Part shown: piece by piece, positions 1 to 10,300 of the stretch
Layout: every line of letters begins with the position of its first letter
Numbering within the stretch: position 1 is the first letter of the stretch
DNA from: Cyanobacteriota bacterium
GTDB taxonomy: Bacteria; Cyanobacteriota; Cyanobacteriia; Thermostichales; Thermostichaceae
Length of the DNA stretch: 42,325 bases
Direction: 5' to 3'
Assembly: GCA_033764955.1 (NCBI GenBank)
Contig: JANRIL010000037.1
Location: 1 to 42,325 of the forward strand
Notes under the pieces: generated by a model
Told to the model about the DNA's origin: nothing
The model's input: the letters and a program-made list of their open reading frames with translations, nothing else
The model's database searches: none
Made by a program: the position numbers and the translations under genes

Positions 1-152
1 GGCGACGCCCAACCCCACTTGGAAACACCATAGCAACAGTTGGTCGGCTAGTCCAAATTGTGCGGAGTACGCCGACCCTGGCTATCATCCCGACACCGAC
101 CCTATCGGTTACGGTGCGGGGCTTCCCGCCGAGTAAGCTAAACTTCCACAGC

Positions 153-545
153 TTAGCCGTAGTAGCCTTTGTTAATGCGACTCTCAAGCTGATTATCTCC
201 AGCCCGGTATTCTCCAGCAATAAAGTTGTCAAGATTAGCCCGAATCAACTCTTTTTGTGCGTCGGTCAAGCCAGGAACTTTTAGCATGTCTTCGGGACTG
301 TTGTAGGGGGCATTTTGCACCAAGATCCGCGCCAAGGTGGGATAGAACCCAGGCAACAGGCGGTAGTTACGCAAAATGGTGTTGTTGACATCAATTTTGG
401 CTTCTAATGTCGTGGTGGGAGCGGCAGCCCAGGCAGGAGAGGATCCCGCCACCATGCCACCCAAGCCTACCCACAGTCCTAACATCAAACCGCACAAAAC
501 ACTCAAAACCATCCGCAACCTGAAGGGGCGAGAATTACGAAGCAT
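153..545 (-). CDS. psbU: Photosystem II 12 kDa extrinsic protein PsbU (with signal peptide)
   Basis: Hydrophobic signal peptide ending AWA, then KIDVNN...[43 protein letters not shown] and a C-terminal RINKGYY, typical of PsbU. Confidence 0.95.
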   Translation of the reverse strand: MLRNSRPFRLRMVLSVLCGLMLGLWVGLGGMVAGSSPAWAAAPTTTLEAKIDVNNTILRNYRLLPGFYPTLARILVQNAPYNSPEDMLKVPGLTDAQKELIRANLDNFIAGEYRAGDNQLESRINKGYYG

Positions 546-751
546 AAGGAAGACTTCTCCATAACATCAGCAGGCACAATCACGAGAGTACCATTCGAGT
601 TGTCCCTCTGTTTACTGAGTTTGATGGCGGAATCCGGATAAAGGGGTATTCGCAATCTTTTATTACATTTATGAGATTAACTGGGAAATGGGCTGGCGGA
701 CTTTCTTGCCTTTCTGCTGCTCAATGGTTCCAGAAGAGTAGCCTCTAATTT

Positions 752-1648
752 TCAAAACTGGGGTCGGACTGAGGAGGCTGTAGCCTGAGAAGCACGTACA
801 TACTTCAATACGGTGGCTAGGCGGTTTAGGAGAGAAAGGCTGGGGGCATCGGATGCCCTGGCTGGCAAGGATGATGGTATCTTGCTGCTGCCAGAAACTT
901 TTTCGGGCACCATCTCACCCGTAGCGGGCACTTCAGCCAGTAACCCAATGCGGATTAAGCGGGCTGCTAGCTTACGGGTGCTCAGGAGATCCATCTCTAG
1001 AGACTGGCTGAGGGTGGTTACCTTCTGAGCAGGGGCAGCGTTTTCCCAGAGGCTCCACTCTTCGGGGGAAAGCTTGAAGGTGGGCAGTCCTTGGATCACT
1101 CGGCGTAGGCTGCTATCCGGCTGGGGCAGATTTTGATCGGAAGACTCAAGGAGCTTTTGTTGGTAGCGCAATCCTTCTAAAGCAACTTCGCTAGCGGCTT
1201 TGGTCAAACCCGTCATCTCTCCGTAGGGGAGGGGAACATCCGCCGCAAAACTAAATTGTCCAGATTCTAAGCCAAACAGAATCAACAACCCTGCTTGCAA
1301 TTGCTGGCGAAACGCTTGCGCCAATAGTAGTGGATCCACCAGCCCTTGCTTTTTCACACAAACCCCTAACGGTTCATTGACGGGACAGCACAGGGTGGAA
1401 AACTTGGCTAACAATCGGCTGGAAATCATGCCACTACAGGTCTGTACCCCCTGATGATTCGCCAAAATTTTTGACAAACTGCTCGTTTCATCGGGAGTGA
1501 GCGCGGCCACGATCCGACCTTGATAGAACCAGATGCGATGGATCCCGTTGGGAGACCAAATTGCCAGTTGCCCAGTCTTTTTACCTCGTCCCAACATCTG
1601 CAATAGTTCCGGCAGTGCCAAGTCTTTTAGGTCACCCACCATCGCCAT
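752..1648 (-). CDS. DUF4388 (PatA N-terminal, PATAN-like) domain protein with no receiver domain
   Basis: GDLKDLALPELLQMLGRGKKTGQLAI...IWFYQGRIVAA, LFGLESGQFSF and a C-terminal LSPEEW...LIRIGLLAEV helix bundle. Start moved to ATG 1648, which has AAGGGG upstream; the ORF track starts at 1684. Confidence 0.8.
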   Translation of the reverse strand: MAMVGDLKDLALPELLQMLGRGKKTGQLAIWSPNGIHRIWFYQGRIVAALTPDETSSLSKILANHQGVQTCSGMISSRLLAKFSTLCCPVNEPLGVCVKKQGLVDPLLLAQAFRQQLQAGLLILFGLESGQFSFAADVPLPYGEMTGLTKAASEVALEGLRYQQKLLESSDQNLPQPDSSLRRVIQGLPTFKLSPEEWSLWENAAPAQKVTTLSQSLEMDLLSTRKLAARLIRIGLLAEVPATGEMVPEKVSGSSKIPSSLPARASDAPSLSLLNRLATVLKYVRASQATASSVRPQF

Positions 1649-1885
1649 AATGCCATCCCCTTTCAGATCAACCTTTGCGATCAAATTGCCAGATGAAAAG
1701 TATCCGTAGTGAAAGGTAAATTTTCACACCCAGAAACGATAAATCCCAAAGGAGAAAAACTGGAGAAACATTAAAATGCTAGGGAGAATTGCTGAGTGAG
1801 AATCAGGTATTTTTACTTCCCTCTCTCAATCTCCCGAAAAGGGACAAGGGATCCCTTGCTTGTCTAGAGATGCGGGCGGTATGGG

Positions 1886-2464
1886 CTAGGGGTTAAAACT
1901 TTCCAACAAACCGGGGGGAGGGGATACTTCGATGCGTTTTTCGGCGAGGTTAACCACGGGCACCAGGGCTTTCACAAACGGGATCCAGATGGGTTTTCCT
2001 TGGGGAGGAGTAACCTCTAACAAATCATTTCCCGCCGCTAAAACGGCTGTCAACATTCCTAATCTAACGCCACTATTGTGATCAAAAACTTCACAACCCA
2101 TTAAATCTGGCAAATAATATTCATCAGGTTGCAACATGGGGCGATCTTGGTTGGCAATCAGAATCAGAGCGCCCACCCACCTTTCCGCCTGGGTGCGGTC
2201 TTCGATGTCGGCGAACTGGACTCGATAAAGATTTTTGCTCGGTAAAAACTCCCCCGTTGTCAGGGTGACGGGATAGGGATCCGGGATTGAGTTAGGGCGT
2301 TGCAGCCAACGCTGACCGGGCTGGGTGAGCCGTTCTGGAAAATCTGACCAGCAACGCACCTTGAGACAGCCACGCAGTCCATGCACCCCAACAATTTGCC
2401 CGACTTCCAGCCAAAGTGGGATCCCGCTTGCTGGGTTGAACGGCTGATTCACCTGCTGACCCAC
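1886..2464 (-). CDS. rimM: Ribosome maturation factor RimM
   Basis: VGQIVGVHGLRGCLKV, EYYLPDLMGCEV, AGNDLLEV, IPFVKALVPVVNL..KRIEVSPPPGLL motifs. Confidence 0.95.
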   Translation of the reverse strand: MGQQVNQPFNPASGIPLWLEVGQIVGVHGLRGCLKVRCWSDFPERLTQPGQRWLQRPNSIPDPYPVTLTTGEFLPSKNLYRVQFADIEDRTQAERWVGALILIANQDRPMLQPDEYYLPDLMGCEVFDHNSGVRLGMLTAVLAAGNDLLEVTPPQGKPIWIPFVKALVPVVNLAEKRIEVSPPPGLLESFNP

Positions 2465-2468
2465 TTGC

Positions 2469-3464
2469 TTAAGAGCCTTTGTAAGTATCTACTTCGGGAA
2501 ACTCACTGTTGAGGGGATCCGCCAGGTACGTCGGAGAGGCAAAAGGAGGAGCCGCTAAGGTGTTAGCAGGGGGAGTCACCGATTGGGTTGGCTGGGGATC
2601 CAACATCGACAACATGCTCTGCAAGGTGCCGGGGATCGATTGGGGATCCATGAAAATGACTTTTGAGCTGGGGCTGTTGCCGACTTTTTGCCCCATATCG
2701 ATATAGCTTTGCGCCATCAGAAATTGCAGAGCTGTACTCGCTTGGGGATCCCGATGTAGCGCATGGGCAAGGGTTTTCAGGGCTTCAGCGGTTCCTTCTG
2801 CCCGCAACAAGCGTTCCCGTTTATCGGCTTCGGCTCTCAAGATCTGGGCTTTGGCGGCTCCGGTGGCTTGGTTGATACTGGCTTGTTGCTCCCCTTCTGA
2901 TTTGAGGATGGCCGCTCGTTTTTCTCGTTCCGCTGCCATCTGAGCTTCCATAGAGTTTTGGACGGTTTTGGAGGGCTGAATGTCTTTCACCTCGACCCGC
3001 GTCACCTTGATGCCCCAGGGATCCGTAGCTTCATCCAGTTCCGCCAAGAGACGGGCATTGATTTCGGCACGGGAGGAGAAGGTTTGATCCAACTCCATCC
3101 GGCCAACTTGGGAACGGAGAGAGGTCAGAACCAGGTTGACCAAAGCTCGTTGCACATCTTCCACGGCGTAACGGGCTTTGACCATATCTGTGATCCGCCA
3201 ATAAACCACGGCATCGGCCATCAGGGAAACGTTGTCGCTCGTAATACATTGTTGAGGAGGCACATCCAGAACTTTTTCCCGAATGGTTTCTCGATAAACA
3301 ATGTTGTCAATCGCCGGAATGATGAAATGAAGACCGGGGGTCAAACGACGGTTAAATTTTCCTAGCCGCTCCACCAGTGCTTCATAGCCTTGGTTAATGA
3401 TTTTGACGGAGTTAAACAGGTATCCGACAAAGATCAAAGCCATGGCTCCAGTAATGAGATCCAT
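2469..3464 (-). CDS. SPFH/band 7 (stomatin/paraslipin, QmcA-like) membrane protein
   Basis: [49 protein letters not shown]; lies downstream of an NfeD gene, the usual pairing. Confidence 0.93.
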   Translation of the reverse strand: MDLITGAMALIFVGYLFNSVKIINQGYEALVERLGKFNRRLTPGLHFIIPAIDNIVYRETIREKVLDVPPQQCITSDNVSLMADAVVYWRITDMVKARYAVEDVQRALVNLVLTSLRSQVGRMELDQTFSSRAEINARLLAELDEATDPWGIKVTRVEVKDIQPSKTVQNSMEAQMAAEREKRAAILKSEGEQQASINQATGAAKAQILRAEADKRERLLRAEGTAEALKTLAHALHRDPQASTALQFLMAQSYIDMGQKVGNSPSSKVIFMDPQSIPGTLQSMLSMLDPQPTQSVTPPANTLAAPPFASPTYLADPLNSEFPEVDTYKGS

Positions 3465-3620
3465 ATCTATTCCTTTTCCCCTATCGATTTTTTGTTCCTT
3501 CTTTCATGATAAGCAATCCCACTCACCCATCTATTTTTCGTAATTAGAACTACCAATTTCGCTCAGGAATTCTTTCAGGAACAGAGCTTGATTGGCTTCA
3601 GACTAGAAACGAGAAAAGGG

Positions 3621-4034
3621 TTAACTATTCAAGAGTTTGCTGGGAATTACAATCAGGGTATTGCCTTTTCGCTCCAGCACATAAAGCTCCTGTTGAGGGT
3701 CAATCTCCACTTGAGGGATCCCGCATTTGGCATTCCAGGTGGATCCCAGATATGCCACTCGCCCGATTTGCCCTGCCGGGATCCCATTTAGGGCACGCGC
3801 ATCCCGTGATTCCTCCAGGTGAGGAGATTCTCGGGGGACGAGCCGCCGAGTCAGGAAGGTAAAGCCGGTAGAGAGTACGATCCAAGTGAGAAATTGCAGA
3901 AGGGTGGGAACCCCCCAAAAGGCGAGTCCGGCGGCAATCAAAGCGGCTAAGCCGATGGATCCTGCCACCAACCCAGGCAGGAACAACTCAGCCGCCACCA
4001 ACCCCAAACCCAAAACCAGCCAAAATACCAGCAT
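3621..4034 (-). CDS. NfeD-like membrane protein (short form, C-terminal OB fold)
   Basis: FWLVLGLGLVAAELFLPG N-terminal TMs; GRVAYLGSTWNA...VLERKGNTLIV OB-like tail. Start moved to ATG 4034 to avoid overlap with the divergent permease. Confidence 0.88.
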   Translation of the reverse strand: MLVFWLVLGLGLVAAELFLPGLVAGSIGLAALIAAGLAFWGVPTLLQFLTWIVLSTGFTFLTRRLVPRESPHLEESRDARALNGIPAGQIGRVAYLGSTWNAKCGIPQVEIDPQQELYVLERKGNTLIVIPSKLLNS

Positions 4035-4090
4035 ATGCCGAAGAAACTGCCCGACAGGCTTAGCTCTAGTATGACGCAATGGTCTGACCG

Positions 4091-4903
4091 ATGAGCAAAT
4101 CATTTTTGATCTATGGCTGTTTAATCGGCAGTCTAGTATTTTTTTTGTTGCCAATTATTTGGGTCTTTATTCTGTCATTTCAATCCGACAATTGGTCAAC
4201 CCCCGTCTTAACTGTTGCAGGGTTTCCGATCCCATTTCATCACTATCAAACTCTCTTCGCCAATAAGCCCGTTTGGCATTATTTTCTCAATACCCTGACG
4301 GTAGTGATAGGATCCACAGCTTTGTCACTGGGGCTAGGGATCCCGGCTGCTTTTGCCTTGGCACGCAGCTCCCATTGGCTCGTGCAAACCGTGGGGATGA
4401 GCCTATGGATATTTCGCTTGATCCCTCCCTTCGCCCTCTGGATCCCGATGTATGTGGGGATGCGCGATCTCAATTTGTTAGATACTTATCTGGGCATGAT
4501 TGTTTTACAAACGGCTCTCAAACTTTCCTTTACGGTTTGGTTATTGCAAGGGTTTTTTGCCGCCCTCTCACCGGATCTGGAAGCAGCAGCCTGTGTGGAT
4601 GGCTGCACACTTTGGGGATCCTTTTGGCGGATTGCCCTACCCTTGGTTATGCCGGGGGTTGGCATGGTGGGGGGAGTGGGGGCGATCTTTTCCTGGAATG
4701 ATTTATTTGTCCCCTTGCTGGTGTCTGGTGTCCACACCCGCCCCCTCAGTTTGGGGATCCTAGAATCGGTCGGCAGCTACACAATTAACTGGGGGGAAAT
4801 GTCAGCCTTTGCCATGATCAGCAGTATTCCTATTTTTTTGGGGGCACTTTGTCTAGACCTCAGTCTTTTTTCTAAATCTAATTTTTCTAAATCTAATCAG
4901 TAA
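4091..4903 (+). CDS. Carbohydrate ABC transporter permease (MalG-type)
   Basis: Multiple TM helices; YFLNTL, AAFALAR, EAA loop LEAAACVDGCTLWGSFWRIALP, FSWNDLF, INWGEMSA. Confidence 0.88.
   Translation: MSKSFLIYGCLIGSLVFFLLPIIWVFILSFQSDNWSTPVLTVAGFPIPFHHYQTLFANKPVWHYFLNTLTVVIGSTALSLGLGIPAAFALARSSHWLVQTVGMSLWIFRLIPPFALWIPMYVGMRDLNLLDTYLGMIVLQTALKLSFTVWLLQGFFAALSPDLEAAACVDGCTLWGSFWRIALPLVMPGVGMVGGVGAIFSWNDLFVPLLVSGVHTRPLSLGILESVGSYTINWGEMSAFAMISSIPIFLGALCLDLSLFSKSNFSKSNQ
4867..4896 (+). repeat. 15-bp tandem duplication (TTTTTCTAAATCTAA x2) at the permease 3' end
   Basis: Exact copies at 4867-4881 and 4882-4896, giving FSKSN twice just before the stop. Confidence 0.85.
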
Positions 4904-4910
4904 ATTATGA

Positions 4911-6686
4911 CTAACGATTGGGATCCGCTAAGTTACGAAACTGAGTAAATTGATTTTCAAACAATAATTTGACCGTGCCCGTAGGCCCATTGCGATGCTT
5001 AGCGATGATGATTTCGGCAATCCCTCGCTCACTGGTATTGGGATCATAATATTCGGGGCGATAGAGCATCATGACAATATCGGCGTCCTGCTCAATACTG
5101 TTGTGGACGATTAACCCATTCGCCACAAAATTGTGGTGGCGGGGCATCTCCACATCAAAAACGGCTTGTGGTTCCTGGGGTTCACTAATCTCCTCAATCG
5201 GATCCCAAATCACTTCATCATGATCGGCTGTTGCGATCTCTTCGTCCAATTGCAGGTCATCCAGGGGTTTCCAGCCCTGACGGGTCAAAAAAGGGTGATT
5301 GCCTGTTGCCAGAATGCCGCAGTTAAGGCGGGTTTTGAGATGATAAACGGGCTTTTCGCCACTCCAAAAAACTTTGTTGGGTTGCTGGGCGACCAAGCGC
5401 CCCCGGCTATTCAGACTAATTAAACGGGGCATGGGCTTGAGGCTGCTCAGGTTAGCCAACTGCTCCAGCGTCCACGGCTTACCCGAATCGGCATCCAGCA
5501 CCTGGGTATCTCCCGCCAAGCAGCCAGATTCCCGTAGGTCTGACAGTTGCGGACGCTTATCGGAGCGAGATTCGGTGGCTCGACTCAACTGGGACAACAC
5601 CACCACCGGAGCCGCCAGCTCTTTGGCTAACCCCTTCAAGCCACGGGTGATCCGCGATAGCTCCTGCACGCGATTATCCGATTCGGATCCCTGCATCAAT
5701 TGTAGGTAGTCAATTAAGATCATCCCCAATACCCCCCCTTGTTCCGATTGCAGGCGGCGGGCTTTCGAGCGAATTTCGTTGACCGTGCAATTGGGAGTAT
5801 CGTCGATAAACATTTGGGTTTGGGAAAGATAGCCGATAGCCTGTCCGAGCCGTTGCCATTCGTTTTCACTGATCCGTCCCGCCCGCAAACGTCCACTATC
5901 AATGCGGGCTTCGCTGGCTAACAAGCGCTGCACCAACTGTTCCCGCGACATCTCTAAACTAAAAACCGCCACAGGCAGTTGAGCATAAGTAGCCACATTG
6001 TGGGCAATATTAAGCGCCATACTGGTTTTTCCCATCGAAGGTCGCCCCGCCACAATCACCAGATCCGAGCGCTGCAAGCCTTGGGTCATCTGATCCAGGT
6101 CGATAAAGCGGGTGGGGATCCCTGGAATTTGTGAACCGGACTGAAATTTGTCCTCCAGATCGGAAAAGGTGCTGACCAAAATATCGGAGATGGGCACGAG
6201 TGCCCGTTGCACCCGATCTTGGGTGATGGCAAAAACCTCCTGCTCCACCTGATCCATTGCCTGTGCCAGGGGCAGGCTGGCATCATAGGCCAACTTAGCG
6301 ATGTTATGGCTGACCTGGATCATCCGTCGCCGAATAAACTTGTCAACCACCAGTTTGGCGTATTGATCGATGTTGATGCTGCTGACGGTTTGCTCCAAGA
6401 GGCGGCGAATGGCAGCCGTACCGCCCACCTTCTCTAAACGACCGTTGTCCGCCAGCCAAGCCGAAACCGTCATCAAGTCTGTGGGCTTGCCTTGATTTTG
6501 CAGTTGCAGAGCGGCACGGTAGATCTCTTGATGAGCGGAGATATAAAAGGCTTCCGGTCGCAGCATCTCGCTGACACGAGTGATGGCTTCCGGATCGAGG
6601 AGGATCCCTCCCAAAATTTGCTCCTCCGCCTCGACATTCTGAGGCGGGAGCCGATCTCCTCCCGTGAAGTCATAGTCGCCAACCAC
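4911..6686 (-). CDS. dnaB: Replicative DNA helicase DnaB, intein-containing (591-aa precursor, 450 aa after splicing)
   Basis: PPQNVEAEEQILGG, Walker A GRPSMGKT, FSLEMS, IDYLQL, LSQLSR, DLRESG / SIEQDAD split by an intein, IIAKHRNGPTG. Confidence 0.97.
   Translation of the reverse strand: MVGDYDFTGGDRLPPQNVEAEEQILGGILLDPEAITRVSEMLRPEAFYISAHQEIYRAALQLQNQGKPTDLMTVSAWLADNGRLEKVGGTAAIRRLLEQTVSSINIDQYAKLVVDKFIRRRMIQVSHNIAKLAYDASLPLAQAMDQVEQEVFAITQDRVQRALVPISDILVSTFSDLEDKFQSGSQIPGIPTRFIDLDQMTQGLQRSDLVIVAGRPSMGKTSMALNIAHNVATYAQLPVAVFSLEMSREQLVQRLLASEARIDSGRLRAGRISENEWQRLGQAIGYLSQTQMFIDDTPNCTVNEIRSKARRLQSEQGGVLGMILIDYLQLMQGSESDNRVQELSRITRGLKGLAKELAAPVVVLSQLSRATESRSDKRPQLSDLRESGCLAGDTQVLDADSGKPWTLEQLANLSSLKPMPRLISLNSRGRLVAQQPNKVFWSGEKPVYHLKTRLNCGILATGNHPFLTRQGWKPLDDLQLDEEIATADHDEVIWDPIEEISEPQEPQAVFDVEMPRHHNFVANGLIVHNSIEQDADIVMMLYRPEYYDPNTSERGIAEIIIAKHRNGPTGTVKLLFENQFTQFRNLADPNR
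5100..5522 (-). mobile_element. DnaB mini-intein, 141 aa, no homing endonuclease
   Basis: Inserted between ESG and SIEQD. Block A CLAGDTQV (C1), block B ATGNHPFLT (TxxH), block F VFDVEMPRHHNFVA, block G NGLIVHN followed by +1 Ser. No LAGLIDADG region. Confidence 0.93.
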
Positions 6687-6738
6687 AAAAATTCACTGCG
6701 ACAACCATAAGTGGACTATAACTAGCCGGATGGTCTGG

Positions 6739-7203
6739 CTATTCGGGAGAGACTTGAATGCGGAGGCTAGCGGTCACCTCAGGCTGGAGGCGCACCTGCA
6801 CAGTGTAAACACCTGTCTTTTTCACTTCCTCATCCAGGAGGATGTTACGCCGATCAATATCCAACCCGCTGGTAGCCAGAATGACTTCCGCAATATTCTC
6901 GTTGGTCACTGTCCCAAACAAGACATCCCCTTCCCCGACCTTCTTGCGAATCACGAATCGCCCGATGGTTTCGAGAGCCGTCTTATAGGCTTCGGCCTGT
7001 TGTTTGTCTGCTAGCTTGCGGGCGGCTTCTTGGTCTTGCCGCATCTTTTGCTCTTTCAAAAGCCCCGCCGTGACGCGCACCGCGATTTGGCGAGGAAACA
7101 GATAGTTGCGGGCATAGCCAGGTTTGACCTCCACAACTTCGCCCACCTTGCCCAGACCTTGTACGTTCTGGCGTAGCACCACTTGCATATCTCGTTTCGC
7201 CAT
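6739..7203 (-). CDS. rplI: 50S ribosomal protein L9
   Basis: LGKVGEVVEVKPGYARNYLFP and LFGTVT motifs; adjacent to dnaB as is common. Confidence 0.97.
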   Translation of the reverse strand: MAKRDMQVVLRQNVQGLGKVGEVVEVKPGYARNYLFPRQIAVRVTAGLLKEQKMRQDQEAARKLADKQQAEAYKTALETIGRFVIRKKVGEGDVLFGTVTNENIAEVILATSGLDIDRRNILLDEEVKKTGVYTVQVRLQPEVTASLRIQVSPE

Positions 7204-7372
7204 GATCCTCTGCCCTATCTTCCAAAAATCAATGCTATGTTTACGGTGAGATTCACAGGTATGTCAGTAACCCTGAGTTTAGACGCAAATTCGCAGCATC
7301 CCAGTATAGTGGATCGGCTAGGGATCCCGCTAGATCCCTTTTGAGTATATCCACAACTTCTATCTTGCCCCG

Positions 7373-10300
7373 TTACCCTGACAGTTTGAGCTGTTCTAAA
7401 GCGGCTTTGATCTCCACCACGTTGCTGAAGCGAGCCGCAGGATCTTTTTCTAGGCACTGCAAGACAATCCGTTCTAGGGGTTTGGGAATACCTAGAGAGG
7501 GGGTGAATGCCCTCGGCTTAGTCTGAACATGGGCGTAGAGCCATTGCATAACTGTTGCTTTAGAATTTAAGCCAAAGGCATTAGTTCCCGATAGCATTTC
7601 ATACATTAGGCAGCCCAAACTATAGATGTCGGCTCGTCGATCAATATTTTTGTGTCCCTCGCATTGTTCCGGTGCCGCATAGTTGGGGGTGCCGCGAAAG
7701 TCTCCCGTCATCGATAGACTCTCGATACTGGCCTCCCCTTGAAATTTGACCAAACCAAAGTCAGCTAATTTAATGGTTTCGGATCCCACGGCATCCTTAA
7801 GTAAAAAGATGTTGGAGGGCTTGAGATCACGGTGAATGAGTGGTACCCGTTTGCCATGTAAAATCACTCCGGTGTGAACGGCTTGGAGGGCTGAGCAAAT
7901 ATTGGCGGCGATATTGACGGCACGATCCATGGGGAGACGAGAGTGTTTGCGTAATACTTGTTCTAAGGTGGGGGAAGAAACGTATTCCATGACTAAATAA
8001 GGCAGAGCATCCATGCCCATGCCTTCTTCCGAAGCAATACCAAAATCGAGAACCCGCACAATGCGGTTATCCTGTAGGTTAAGACAGGCTTGCATTTCCC
8101 GTTGAAACCGTTGTCGATCCGATTGATCGGCGGCTCCCGTCGTAGACATAAATTTGATGGCTACCGTCAGGGATAGTTTTTGGTCAAGCGCTTTGTAAAC
8201 AATCCCCATGCCACCCCGACCCAGCAAGGAATCCAGTCGATAGCGTCGCCCTTCACCAAGGGTGACCCCTGCCCAGCTATCTTTTCCTTCTTTGGGTTTT
8301 GAGATCATCGGCTTGTTGCCTACTGCTTCTTTAGCAGGCATCTTTTCCAGTTGACGATTCAAAACAAGCTGCTGACGGAGAAAGTCAATTTGATTTTTAA
8401 TCTGGGCAGCATTAGGCATCCTATCGATGGGATCCACCGAGAAACCGTGACCCGCCACAATCACGGATCCATAGCCCAAGATATTGCCTAACCAATGGGG
8501 GCGAACCGAGATTGAGGTGAGGGATTCCAGGTTGATTTCGGTTGAGGCTTCTTCAAAAAGATAGTGCTCAATAATGATCAGTTTGGTGCGGGTCAAAGAA
8601 ACGGTTGATTTTTTGTGTTTGAGAAGCACCCGCAAGACCCAGACCATGGATGCTGCCACCATGATCCGAAACACAATACTCAACACCAGGTTATCTAGTC
8701 CTATCAGGGATAAAAGGGATCCCGATAGGGGGGAGGGAAAGATCACGACCGTCGCCAGCACCAGATAAATCGACAACAGAATCGGAGCCGAGAGCGCCAG
8801 CCAGTGGGGTTTGGCTTGATACAGGACTGGATCCGCCCCTACTTTGACTGAGGCTGGTCCACTGGTTTTGGCTTCAGGGGGGTTAGAAAGTTTGGCCTCA
8901 ACAACGGGAATTAATCCAGCAGATATTTCTGAAATGGCTTTGGGGGGATCGGCGCAATAACGACTCAGCCAAATGGCGAAGGTTTTGAATTTTTGAGAGT
9001 CTAGATTTTGGACAGACTGAAGCCAATCCCGCAGAAAAGGCAACATGCCATCTAGCACCGGAGCTTGATTCTCATTAAAGATTTTGACGAGTGACGGCAA
9101 CACCCGAAACTTATTCGTATCGCTGAGTTCATGAAAAAAGAGCAGGCTTTGAGCCACATCGGCGGGAGGGGGAGGCAATGTGGTGCGGATTAACATCATA
9201 TTTTTGATAAAGCAATAGGAGGTTAAATCCAATTCGGGCAGCACCTCCAATTCCGGCTCCGCCGATTCTTCCGGCAGATTAAAGAAATCTTCTTGAGCAT
9301 CCAGATGAGCCAATTCTTCGTCTGAGAAAAGCACCGAATGAGCGGTGGGGTGAAGGGATTCGACGGGCTGGGTGGGGGGAACCATCGAGATCGGCTGGGG
9401 GGGATCCGACAAACGATGGGGAACCGGCTTGATCATCTCATGCAGAGGAATTTGCGGAACCGTCGGCATTAGGAAGGGATCCGCGGACGCGGTCAGCGGT
9501 GGCACGGTTAGTTCTAGACTTGGATCCAGAGCAGCGGGGGGCGGGGCTACCACGGGTGTGGGACGGGACGGAGGTTGAACAGGTGAGGGGACGGCGGCGG
9601 GGGCGGGCAGACGAATCGGGGATTGTCGCAAATCAATCTGGATTTTCCAGTCGGGCAAATCGGTGCCAAAAGGACGACTAAAAATGATCAGGGTATCAAT
9701 ATCTGTCAAGCGAAAAGCCTGGATCTCATAGGCAACATCTAGGCTAACTTTTTCAAAATCAAGCGGCTCATCAGTGAGGCGATTCAGCATGATATTGAGG
9801 GCTTTTCCCTCCTGCAAAAGCTGCAAACGTAAGTTGTATTTGAATAATGATTCTTCTAAAAATTCGATGATTTCTGCTTCAACCAGAGAAGCCGTTTCCA
9901 CCACTTTGACTGCTTGTTCTTCCTGCCCTCCCAGAGCGACACCAAAGGGTTGCTGATGATTAAATAGTGGGGAATCAGGAATATCTTCAATTACTTGAAA
10001 GAGAGACAATTCTACATCTTGACTCCAGTCGATTTCTTCGGATCCCCGTTGCCGACTGGTTAGATGGAGATACTCAATACCGGAGATTTGTAAACTTCTC
10101 ACATACTGAGTTAGCTCGTTAGTCATCGCTTCATAGGCAATGGGGCGATGGGTCAGCCGCTCTAATAAAATATTGAGGGTTTTTTCCTGCCAAGCAGCTT
10201 GGGGGCGAATTTGATAGGGAGATAAGTGATCAACCAGAAGTTGGCCAATTTGTGCCTCGGTTAACTCAGGCGTAGCAAGAGCCGGAATGGCCGGAGGAGA

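Noticed and set aside
1..31. Possible start of a minus-strand gene (ATG at 31, MVFPSGVGRR) running off the window
   Set aside because: Only 10 codons visible; cannot be supported or identified.
4035..4154. N-terminal extension of the NfeD ORF
   Set aside because: Overlaps the divergent permease; family-like sequence begins at ATG 4034.
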